Part shown: one piece after another, positions 1 through 10,547 of the stretch
Numbering within the stretch: the first letter of the stretch is position 1
How the letters are laid out: each line of letters starts with the position of its first letter
Origin: Eledone cirrhosa
Lineage: Eukaryota
Assembly: GCA_964016885.1 (NCBI GenBank)
Contig: OZ024742.1
Coordinates: forward strand, 301,506,001-301,570,000
Direction: 5' to 3'
Length of the DNA: 64,000 nucleotides
The notes under the pieces: generated by a model
What the model saw: the letters and a program-made list of their open reading frames with translations, nothing else
Database searches by the model: none
What the model was told of the DNA's origin: nothing
Translations under genes and position numbers: made by a program

Positions 1-2553
1 ACTTCGATAGAGTTCAGCAAAGAACTAGCGTTAGAGAAAAATAGAAAGGAGGGGGAGCTGGTAGATAAGTTAGACGAGGCTATTTGTAGTGGCATCGCAA
101 CTGACGTGCTAGCGGCGAGAATGGCATTAGACCATTTCTTCAATGCCAAACACGAAGGTTGCATTGTCAGAGCTAAGGCGCGTGCGCTGAGAAACGAGGG
201 AACTAAAGCTGTTCGATGGGCCCGCGTGGCGGAGGCGCAGCGTGGTAATAAAACCACAATTCGGTCTTTGGCGGACCGAGACGGACACGAGATAAGCGAT
301 TCCAAGCGGATGTGTGAGGCCTTTCGCCAGCACTTTGCTCGGTTGTTCGGGGAGAGTGGCGAGTCAGAGAGAGTAGCGGATTTCAGTCCCTACCTTGACG
401 GCTTGCCGCGCATCTCGACGGTCGACGCTGAGCGCTGCGAAAGGCCGATTACTTCAGCCGAAATTCAGGACGCCCTTGTCGGCTGCATGAGGCGCAAGTC
501 ACCCGGTTTGGATGGCCTGCCCTACGAGCTTTACGTAAATATGCCAGACTTGTTCTCCGAACTCCTCAAAGCACTCTACTGTAACTGGCAGCAGAATGGG
601 AGTATTCCCAGTTCTGTGAGCAGGGGAGTGGTGACGCTGATAAGGAAAGACGAGAACAAGAGGGATACATTAGACAACTTCAGGCCCATAACTCTGCTCA
701 ACACAGAGTTTAAGATTTTGGCCAAGGTGTTAGCAAAGAGATTGGCGCTTGTCGTCGAGGATTTGGTTGGGGAGGCGCAAACTTGCGCAATCCCAGCCAG
801 GTCCATACACGACAATCTCCACCTCATGCGATATATCATAGAGAGGGTAGGGTGTAAACCTGGCTTCGGTGGGGCACTGATCAATTTAGATCAATCGAAA
901 GCATTCGATAGGTTCGACCATCGGTATCTGGAGTTTGTCCTCAAAGCAGCTGGCTTCGGCCCTGTCTTTAGAAGCTGGATCGTTGCAATGCACAGCGGCA
1001 CACGCTCGGTGGTCAAGGTTAATGGCCACCTCTCGGAACCATTTCGGCTCTCCCGATCGGTCCGTCAAGGGTGCCCTCTCTCTTCCCTTCTGTACGTATT
1101 GACTCTCGAGCCTTTACTGCGGAAGCTGGAGCTGTTGCAGGGCATCCCGCTCGAACCGGGACGTGGAAAGGCGGTGTCGGCTTATGCGGACGACATCACC
1201 GTGATGGTGTCGAACACCTCAGAAATCGAGGTGGTCGGCACCTTATTGAAGGAATATGAAAGGTTGACAGGAGCCAAACTTAACCCGGAAAAGTCGGTGG
1301 GCTTGCAGCTCAGAACCTGGAGAGGCAAGCCCATGCCGTCCAACAGCGTCGTGGGGCGCTGGACGGACAGACCAGTAAAGTTGCTCGGGGTTTGGTTCGG
1401 ACCAGACCTCCAGGTGGAAAAGAATTGGGACGAGGTAACGAGTAGAGTAGCCAGTCTCACCCAAAAATGGGCTGGGAGGAAGCTATCACTGAAAGGTCGC
1501 GCGGAGGTGGCGAATGCGTACATCGCGTCCGTCATCTATTACCGCCTAACCGTCGTGCCTTGCCCCCGTCCGCGCCTCGTCAAGTTGGAACGGCTCCTCT
1601 TCAAATTCTTGTGGAGGGGACAAGTTCCGTTGGTGAGGCGGTCCATCTGCTGCCAGCACCCTCTACGCGGAGGGCTGGGCATGCCGTGGCTAATGATGCG
1701 CAGACATGCGTTGAGGCTGCGACATCTCCAGATATTCTGCCTCAATGGTGAACAGGTATGGTCGCCGTTTATCAGACGGGCCTTTCCGCAGCTCATTTCT
1801 TTGACTGAGCTGCAGTCCTGGGTCAAGAAGAGACCGAGACTGGGTGACTGGCACCTGGAATGTTGCCAGGCACTCACTGCCCTCTACCAAGCGGGCAATG
1901 CGATCAGTGGAACTTCCACTCTCGAGTTCTATAGAGGATTAGTGGTGGGCAAGTGCGATGACGCACTCGGAGAAGCTTTGGGCCTCGACGAAGTCGAACT
2001 GACCAGTCTGTACCGGAGGACTTTTGAGCCGGGGACGATGGACAATTTCCAGAAATCCCTCGCTTGGCAGTGCTACCGGGGGGCACTGCTGGTTCGGGAT
2101 AAACTCTACAGGCACGGAAGTGCTGTCAGACGGACCTGCCCAAGATGCGCACAGAACGACGAAACCGTTCTGCACGCACTTGTCCAATGTCCGTGCATTA
2201 CTGACTTGTGGAGTTATGTCGAACAGCTACTGTCGCATGTGGAACGAATCCGGTTATCGGCCGAGTCCATAGTGAAGATCGAGCCGCCACCTTCCTTAGG
2301 TCAGGAAGAGCAGGACATTTTCCTCTGTCTGGTGGCAGTTGCGAAAGAGATTATATGGTGGACCAGGTTGAAAGGACTAAAAACAGACACTTTTCTCTTC
2401 GGCCAATCCCTCATCAACTTCTTCAAGTTTCACCTGGAAAGGAGGGTGAGGGTGGAGAGAGAAGTGCTGCCCCCCAGTACATTTGCTAAAAGGTGGGTGA
2501 ATGTGGCGAGAATCGCTCGTGTGAATGGGCCTACTCTGACCATGCGCCTATAG
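1..2553 (+). CDS. L1-clade (Tx1-like) non-LTR retrotransposon ORF2, 5' partial (RT and C-terminal zinc knuckle)
   Basis: Frame is open from base 1 to TAG at 2553. Motifs: KSPGLDG, NFRPITLLN, LDQSKAFDR, VRQGCPLS, AYADDI, GGLGMP and CPRC-x7-H-x4-C. Confidence 0.92.
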   Translation, partial: TSIEFSKELALEKNRKEGELVDKLDEAICSGIATDVLAARMALDHFFNAKHEGCIVRAKARALRNEGTKAVRWARVAEAQRGNKTTIRSLADRDGHEISDSKRMCEAFRQHFARLFGESGESERVADFSPYLDGLPRISTVDAERCERPITSAEIQDALVGCMRRKSPGLDGLPYELYVNMPDLFSELLKALYCNWQQNGSIPSSVSRGVVTLIRKDENKRDTLDNFRPITLLNTEFKILAKVLAKRLALVVEDLVGEAQTCAIPARSIHDNLHLMRYIIERVGCKPGFGGALINLDQSKAFDRFDHRYLEFVLKAAGFGPVFRSWIVAMHSGTRSVVKVNGHLSEPFRLSRSVRQGCPLSSLLYVLTLEPLLRKLELLQGIPLEPGRGKAVSAYADDITVMVSNTSEIEVVGTLLKEYERLTGAKLNPEKSVGLQLRTWRGKPMPSNSVVGRWTDRPVKLLGVWFGPDLQVEKNWDEVTSRVASLTQKWAGRKLSLKGRAEVANAYIASVIYYRLTVVPCPRPRLVKLERLLFKFLWRGQVPLVRRSICCQHPLRGGLGMPWLMMRRHALRLRHLQIFCLNGEQVWSPFIRRAFPQLISLTELQSWVKKRPRLGDWHLECCQALTALYQAGNAISGTSTLEFYRGLVVGKCDDALGEALGLDEVELTSLYRRTFEPGTMDNFQKSLAWQCYRGALLVRDKLYRHGSAVRRTCPRCAQNDETVLHALVQCPCITDLWSYVEQLLSHVERIRLSAESIVKIEPPPSLGQEEQDIFLCLVAVAKEIIWWTRLKGLKTDTFLFGQSLINFFKFHLERRVRVEREVLPPSTFAKRWVNVARIARVNGPTLTMRL

Positions 2554-2828
2554 GCTAGCTAACTTGAGGAGAGGGGTGCTCTCCTGGGTGCCCTAGGAGC
2601 GCAGGGTGGTTCAGGATTGGTGGGGTACCCGAATCACCCCAGGGTCGTCCACCCCCTATCGGGGAATTTATTTTGTTATATTTTGCATAGTTTATTTTAT
2701 ATTTTTATATTTTCATTGTTAAATTAGTTTTGCCATTGTGCACTTTTACTCGACCTTATTGTGAACCCCCACTGTCCCTGTCTTTGTATTGTCCCCTACA
2801 TGTCGGCCTTTGTGGCTAATAAATGAAA

Positions 2829-2907
<79 letters not shown>
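1..2907 (+). mobile_element. Tx1-like LINE with 3' UTR, AATAAA and (ATT)n tail
   Basis: ORF2 is followed by a ~280-bp 3' UTR, AATAAA at ~2818 and (ATT)n at 2831-2907. Confidence 0.88.
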
Positions 2908-3438
2908 GCCCCGCTGCCTTCCTTTAGCCAGGAAGAGCAGGCAGTTTTTATCTGCCTGGTGACCATGGTAAAAGAGATTGTATCATGGACACGTCTGAAA
3001 GGGTTGAAGACAGGTACTTTCCTCTTCGGTGACGCCCTCATTAACTTTTTCAGGTTTCACCTGAAAACGAAAATCAGGGTGGAAAGGGACGTGCTGCCTT
3101 CCAGCCAGTTTGTTGAAAGGTGGGTAAGAGAGGCAAGAATGGCCCGTGTGAATGGGCCTACCCTGAGCCTGTAACATAGTGGGAGGAAAACTGGAAGATG
3201 GCACTTGCCCTAGCGGTCAGGGTAACCGTGGCTTTTTTGTGAGCTTTCTCCATGAGTGACCCTCGGAAGTCTCTCCCCTATTGGGGAATTTTTCATTGTT
3301 TCCCTTTTTTTGTTACATCCTCTGTTTTTGTTTTTTTTACACACAGAAATGCCCATTTGTACCGTCCTGTATTGTCCTGTACCGTCCTTAATGTTATACT
3401 TTGTGTCAACCCTTGTGGTTAATAAAGAAAGCATTATT
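2908..3438 (+). mobile_element. 5'-truncated copy of a related Tx1-like subfamily
   Basis: Encodes ...KEIVSWTRLKGLKTGTFLFG...ARVNGPTL, homologous to the C-terminus of the 1-2553 ORF. It has a related 3' UTR ending AATAAA..ATTATT. Confidence 0.85.
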
Positions 3439-3441
3439 ACT

Positions 3442-3630
3442 GCAGTATCGGTAGAGGGTCGGACACCATGCTTTGACGCATAGAGTTACGGCCCTTGCCA
3501 TTCTGAGTTCAAATCCCGCCGAGGTTGACTTTGCCTTTCATCCTTACGGGGTCGATAAAATAAAGTACCAGCAATACACTGGGTATTTGCTGGCCTTGTG
3601 CCTAAAGTAAAAACAATTATTATTATTAAT
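3442..3630 (+). mobile_element. Short tRNA-derived SINE family A; other copies at 24735-24910(-), 53256-53356(+), 60877-60996(+) and, partially, 6810-6912(-)
   Basis: B-box GAGTTCAAATCCC, shared body GACTTTGCCTTTCATCCTTACGGGGTCGATAAAATAAAGTACCAG and (ATT)n tail; multiple copies in the window. Confidence 0.75.
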
Positions 3631-3836
3631 ATTATCTTTGTATTCTGTACCACCACGTTCATATGGCTTGTCATATTTATTTACACAAAGTTTGGTTCTT
3701 AAACACTGTTATGGATTAGACCAATGCTGAGAACATTTGTCTTATTTTGATGATTGTGGAAAACTACATTGAGCTGGAAGTGTTATTGGCATAACTCTAT
3801 ATTTACCAAGAATATTTACCCTTGTGATATATATAT

Positions 3837-3980
3837 TCTTCTTCTTCTTCTTCTTCTTCTTCTTCTTCTTCTTCTTCTTCTTCTTCTTCTTCTTCTTCTT
3901 CTTCTTCTTCTTCTTCGTCATCATCATCGTTGTTGTCATTACCATTGTCCATTTTCTTGTTTCGTTTTCCCTCCACTTCC

Positions 3981-4038
<58 letters not shown>

Positions 4039-4079
4039 ATACATATGTGTATATATATATATATATATGTGTATATATA

Positions 4080-4120
<41 letters not shown>

Positions 4121-4152
4121 TCATTATCATCATCATCTTCGTTTAACGTCTA

Positions 4153-4216
<64 letters not shown>

Positions 4217-4219
4217 CAT

Positions 4220-4292
<73 letters not shown>

Positions 4293-4790
4293 TATACATA
4301 TACATATACATGTATATATATATGTAAGATTTGGTGGGCAGCAGAAATAGTAACAACTTTGTTTTGTACAAAAGTCTCTCACCAGTGTTTCATTGGTTAA
4401 AAGTGCGGTCAAAATGCTGAAAACCAGTACATTGATGTTTACTACAAATATATCATCACTGCACCATTCTCCACATATTTTATTGTTTACTTTATATGCT
4501 GCTATGTTTTCCTTTTCCTTCAGCTCTCTATTCATTTCTGGTTTTCACATTCTTCTTCTTCTTCTTCTTCTTCTTCTTCTTCTTCTTCTTCTTCTTCTTC
4601 TTCTTCTTCTTCTTCTTCTTCTTCTCCTCCTCCTCCTCCTCCTTCTTCTTCTTCTTCTTCTTCTTCTTCTTCTTCTTCTTCTTCTTCTTCTTCTTCTTCT
4701 TCTTCTTCTTCTTCTTCTTCTTCTTCGCCATCATCATCGTTGTTGTCATTACCATTGTCCATTTTCTTGTTTCGTTTTCCCTACACTTCC

Positions 4791-4848
<58 letters not shown>
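3837..4848. repeat. Compound microsatellite block with a duplicated (CTT)n-unique-(TA)n unit at 3837-4020 and 4551-4848
   Basis: Both (CTT)n arrays are followed by the same ~65-bp unique sequence, CATCATCGTTGTTGTCATTACCATTGTCC...CACTTCC. Confidence 0.85.
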
Positions 4849-4851
<3 letters not shown>

Positions 4852-4968
4852 ATAGAGAAATGGCTTCTACAGGACTAGAACTGTTTCATTCGAAGGAAAT
4901 CATCAGGGTTTTCCTGATTATTTCCTTCGAATCAAACAGTTCTAGAATTGTAGAAGCCATTTCTATAT
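4852..4968. repeat. Fold-back palindrome containing hammerhead core motifs (Penelope pLTR remnant)
   Basis: Arms 4852-4907 and 4913-4968. The minus strand reads CTGATGA-TTTCcttcGAAT-GAAACAG...CTGTA. Confidence 0.7.
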
Positions 4969-5228
4969 TAAATATTTATACTCTGCTATGTATTGAGTAC
5001 CTTACTAACTGTGGTTACCCCTAATTGAACCCGGAGTACACACACACAGCTCGAGCTGTTCACCGGAGGAACAATTGTAATACATAATAAATTGAGTTCC
5101 GATGCATCACTGATTCTTCGTTTTCCATATTATCATACTTTTCTCCGAAGGAGCATAGAGTGCTCAACCAGCATACCACCTATGGAAGCATCCAAGCAAC
5201 CTTACTACATATATATATATATATATAT

Positions 5229-5565
5229 ACCACTTTTACAGGCCCTAACGGGTCTTTCTGTATCCACCATTCCTTCACCTGCACATCCACCCATGTTGTC
5301 TATGCCCTCCGGTGTCCCTTTGCGGGTCTTTATATATCGGACAAATGGGACGCCGTATGGCGGACCGTTTTGCCGAACATTTGAGAGACATACGACTCGG
5401 TTTGGATACTCCTGTCGCCCATCATTTCTGTTCTCCTGGTCATTCTTCCCTACATGTTTCAGTCCTGGGTGTCCTTTTACATCATGGATCACAGGCCTCG
5501 CGCACCAGGACTTGACAAAGTCTGATTCACTGTCTTGGGTCCTATTCTCCTCTTGGACTCAACTC
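5229..5565 (+). pseudogene. Penelope-like (Neptune-type) GIY-YIG endonuclease fragment, frameshifted
   Basis: FTCTSTHVVYALRCP/LCGSLYIGQMGRRMADRFAEH...VAHHF, with CxxC between the VVY and YIG motifs. Confidence 0.8.
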
Positions 5566-5868
5566 ACCTCCCCAATTTCTCTAATACCCCATCCATTATC
5601 ACACCCCTACCGATTGTGTTGTTATTTCTGTTTACCTTTTACATATATTTATATAAGTTAAGGTCTGTCTCAAGCCAGGGGGTTCAGCAAGCCAGTACTT
5701 AACCTGCTTTAATTAGTATTCATTTCTGATGTGTAGATAAAGGCATTAAAGCACTGTGTTTCATGGATATTTTGAACCTGGTAGAACACATTCCCCTCCA
5801 GATCTGAACACAGCCAATTACATCCACAGACAGAAAGTGAGACAGACAGACAGACAGATAGATAGATA

Positions 5869-5984
<116 letters not shown>

Positions 5985-6447
5985 GTGGGAAGAGAGTTAT
6001 TGAGAAGAAGTGAGAAAGAAATATAAAGGAAGAGTCAACTCCAGTACTAGACTGGGTTTTTTTTTTTCTGTTTTGATCAACCTCAAAAAATTAAAAGGCA
6101 AAGCTGACCTCCGAGATTCTATCTGACATTCTAACAACTCTGTCAATTCACCACCTATACTTCAGATTACAGAATATGTAGTGCCACATGTTTATTGCCT
6201 GTAATATCTACATATACTTCAGACTACAGACTCTATAATGTTTGTCTATATTATTTTCATAATATTTACAAAATACTGTCCTTTGATCCCTATTTTAGTT
6301 GTATATTACCATTCCAGTTTTGTTGAGTAAAATACAGGTTTTCATTATCTTGAATATCTACCGAAGAATTCACAACATCTCTTAACTGTTTGAACTAATC
6401 TCATGACTTCATATATATAATTATAGTGCTGATATACTGTAGTGTGT

Positions 6448-6775
6448 GAAGGTATGTGACTGAGTGGTTAGAGAGTTGGATTCGTAATCAGGAGGTTGTG
6501 AGTTCAATTTCCAGACTGGGTGGTGTATTGAATTTTTGTGCAGGACACTTTATTTCACGTTGCTCCAGTTCACTCAGCTGTAGAAATGAGTTGCAACATC
6601 ACTGATGCCAAACTGTATCAGCATTTGCCTTTCCCTTGGACAACATCGGTGGCATGGAGAGGGAAGACTGTCATACATGGACGACTGCTGGTCTTCCATA
6701 GAAACAGCTTGCCCAGACTTGTCCTTCTTTGGGGAACTTTCTAGGTGCAAAACCCATGGTCAAATGTGACCCAAC
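6448..6775 (+). mobile_element. tRNA-derived SINE family B; related heads or copies near 7204-7270, 7601-7696, 40900-41230(-), 42455-42760 and 47601-47880
   Basis: A-box-like TGACTGAGTGGTT, B-box GAGTTCAATTTCC and core CACTTTATTTCACGTTGCTCCAGTTCACTCAGCTG. Confidence 0.7.
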
Positions 6776-8373
6776 AGATCCATAGCATGTGTGTATTTGT
6801 GCTAAGGAAATAATGATTTCTACTATAGACACAATGCCAGCAATTTGGGGAGAGGGTAAAGTTGATTAAATTGACCCCAGTGCATTACTGGTGCTTTATA
6901 TTATCGACCCCGTAAATGGCCATAACTTTATGCCACAAAGCATAGTGTCAAAGCAATACTGCCAATCTGCTGCCCTGTATGCTAAGGAAATAATGAAATT
7001 GAAAACAAGTCCCCATTATTTGTCACATATTCCTGTGTTACTTTAGAATAAAAAGAAATTCCCTGCCCGCAGACCTTTGTTATGGTTTCCTTTCCTATTT
7101 ACAACCCAGTATAGCCTCAGCCTCTCGGCTAGAACATGTAATAGAGTAACCAATCCTATACGCAATGTTTCAATGTTACAAGTTCATAAAGTTGTGTGGA
7201 TTGGAAAGGCAAATGGCTTTGTGGTTAAGGTGTTCAGTTCATGATTACAAGATTATGAGTTCAATTCCAACAGAGCTAGTAGAATGATATTTAGATCAAT
7301 GGTATTGACAGCAGTGACATGAACATATTAACATATCAACTGGAACATAGCATTCTACCTTAGACTAGGTAGTTATACAAAGTTGTTATTGTTGTTGTTG
7401 ATTGTGGTGTTGGAGATGATGGTGGTGGTGGTGGTGGTAATGTTGCTGTTGTTATTGTTGGATGTGGTAGTTATAAATATGAAATATTTTCTCCACTGCT
7501 GAAGAAACAATTGTAAAGTTGACAGTGACAAAGAAACTAAACTATGCTAGACATTTTCTATCTTCCATTTAAGCCACATCCACACACACACCTGCTATAG
7601 TGAAGGTATTTGACTTAGTGGTTAAAGTATTCAGTTTGTGATTATAAGGTTGTCAGTTCGATTCCTAGCAGTGTGTTGTGTCTTTGACCAAGACACACGG
7701 AACTGATAGAGGTTCAACACATTAAAAAATACTGGTAAAAATAATATGATATGGTATGATATGGACCCATAACTCCTGAAGGAGTAGTGGGGGTACCATA
7801 TTGACATACAGCATTTCTTAGGGCATTTTTAAACCTGGCAGACCCATCCCCTCTCCAGGCCTGAGTACAACATGTACTTTAACTCTGAACAGAAACATCA
7901 AAAAGATAGTGAATTTTTTATATGTTGCTTTAAATGATTTGACTTAAATATATTCAGAGTTTCATCAGTATTTGTCAAAAAATGAATAATGTAGACAAAA
8001 ATATATATGGGGCACCCAATATTTTTTTAGTCACCCTGTACTGGCATTGGTTTTTCCTCTCTTCCTCTCTTCCTCTCTTTTTCCCTCTCTGGAAGAAATT
8101 GACTATCATCAGACCTAAAGAGAAATGAGTTTAACAAGGTTTTGAATTTCCAAGACACACCATGTGTCATTATGGCCTCCCTAAGATTATCATGAGTTAA
8201 AGGCTCTTTATCTACCTAAATTATTTAATCATGCTTTTTGTTTAATTACTATATTAACAATGTCTAATTCATACACTTCATTCAAGGGCCAGGAGATCAA
8301 ATTTTACTAAGATAGATAACCCTCCTCTTGGTTTCAAGTTGGCTTATGAAAATTTAACCTCTGTCTTCTAGGA

Positions 8374-8476
8374 TAGCGGCCGCCAACCTGCCGGACCTCA
8401 TGGGCCCCTAATATGAATTTTTTTAAATGATAAATACATTAAAATTTTTCTGCGGCCTACCGGTTGGTGACCACTG
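8374..8476. mobile_element. hAT (Charlie-like) MITE, 103 bp
   Basis: 8-bp TSD TTCTAGGA at 8366-8373 and 8477-8484. Imperfect TIRs TAGCGGCCGCCAACC / GGTTGGTGACCACTG. Confidence 0.8.
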
Positions 8477-9384
8477 TTCTAGGAGACATGGTAAATTTTC
8501 ATAATTTATTTTAGGAAAAAGCAATAGCATATATGATGCTGGGAAATTACAACTTCTTTACATTCTGAGTCCAAATGGTGTCACAGTTAATTTTGCTTTT
8601 TATCCTTCAGGGGGGAGGGGAGGAGTGGGGTGATAAACAAAATACCTGTCAGCTACTGGAGTTGAATATATATTGCTATAATAATCCTAGATGGGAATGG
8701 AATTATAACAGAAGAAGAAGAAGTAGATTTTATTGGTTTATTTATTTACTTTTGCGGTAGCAGAGGAAGTGGGCAAGTTGAATTATTGAGTAAATAGAGA
8801 GATAAGGTGAAAATCAAGATGTCAGATAAGGTGTGGTGATTTGCTTGAAGTTTACAAGAAAAATACACAAATTACCAGCAAGAAGTGATGGAGGTGAGTC
8901 TCATTTAATATTTACATCAAAAGAATAGGAATGGCAGGTTGATTGAAGGTATGCCAGAAGAGATATATGACCAGTTAAAGGAAGGGTGAATAGAATTCTC
9001 TTGCGTAGTTGCTGTGAAGTTGACAGATGAAAGGACAAGAGATAAAAAGGCATGGTGAAAGGTCAGAGAAAAGGAGAGAGTAAAAGAGAGAGGAAGAGAG
9101 AAAAAGAAAGAAAGGAAGAAGCGATAGCCAAAAAATGTCAGTTATCGGCTTAAAAACTACAATATTTTCAGAAGAGGTGTTATGTTAATTATCTATTTTA
9201 AAGGTAAAATAAAGTCCAAAGAAGCTAGCGAGGTGGGGAAAAGGTGGGCTGCACAGGCAAATGAAGAGAAACTTAATTAATTTTGTAATTTTTTAATGTA
9301 TTTTAGTTATTTTTTTAAACTTTTTTCTCAATCTGTTGAATGAATATTAGCAAAGTGAGAGCTTAACTTTGTACATGCCCCCTC

Positions 9385-9602
9385 ACACATACATACATAT
9401 ACCTACACACACACATATATATACATACACACACATGCATATACATACACACACATACATATACCTACACACACACACATATATATATATATACATACAC
9501 ACAGATACATATACCTACACACATATATATACACACACGTACATATACATACATACATATACCTACACACACACATATATATACCTACACACACATATAT
9601 AT

Positions 9603-9661
<59 letters not shown>

Positions 9662-9776
9662 CATATACATACGCACACATACATATACCTACACACACAT
9701 ACACACTTATATGTATACACACACACATATATATATACACACACATGCATATACACACACACACATACATATACAT

Positions 9777-9858
<82 letters not shown>

Positions 9859-9928
9859 TTATATATATATTTATATATATATATACACACACACACATAC
9901 ATATACCTACACACATATATACACACAC
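9385..9928. repeat. Compound (CA)/(TA)/(TACA) microsatellite
   Basis: Seen directly in the sequence. Confidence 0.95.
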
Positions 9929-10019
9929 TAATTTTGCAAACATTTTTCAGAAAATTGACATTTTGTAGGATGATCATTCAGTGGTCATTCAGTGTTGTTG
10001 TTTTTGTAGAGTAGAGGGT

Positions 10020-10320
10020 ATCATCATCATCATCATCATCATCACCATTTTACGTCCGTTCTTCCACGCTAGCATGGGTTAGACGGGTTGTCCTGTTGTG
10101 AGCAGTGTCCGGTCGGCTGACCTTGTCTTGCTCATACGGGAACTGATTCTGGCTTGATTTCTACAGCTGGATGCCCTTCCTAACACCAACCTCATCTTCA
10201 GTGAGTGCTGGGTGCTTTTTTTCCGTGGCGCCTACACGTCCACTTTACAGTGGGAGGGGTTGGGGGCATATTGTCTATATGCTTCAGCTTCGGCTTGTAC
10301 CTGTGGGGGGTCGGGCCTTC
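10020..10320 (-). mobile_element. 3' UTR-only fragment of RTE family 2; similar pieces at 39013-39293(-) and, more diverged, 41908-42200(-)
   Basis: Matches 36660-36960 and carries a (TGA)n tail. Confidence 0.8.
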
Positions 10321-10547
10321 TGTATATAGAATGAAATGGCATTTGACCCTGGATGGTTATAAGTTTTACACTTTTCTAAATCTACTCTAACAACAATAAA
10401 AATATAATTAGATGGCTTTTGAATGATACAATTCTCCTTCATTGCTGCCAAGTTATTTATGAAGAAGATTGACTGTTTTCTACCATATTGCTTATCTTTG
10501 TCATATGGGGTTGGAATCTATGAACTTATGCTATGTATGATAATATA

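Noticed and set aside
3742-4878. Poly-K/F/L/E and (IY)n ORFs here and at 9369-10014, 23794-24217, 31881-32496 and 62815-63370
   Set aside because: These are translations of microsatellites with no coding signal.
6448-6525. tRNA-like A/B boxes here and at 7601, 47601 and 62820
   Set aside because: There is no complete cloverleaf and each continues into a SINE core, so they are not tRNA genes.
7365-7500. Possible minus-strand terminal exon after TTTCTTCAG encoding a Thr/Asn-rich peptide
   Set aside because: It is low-complexity trinucleotide sequence with no supporting exon structure.
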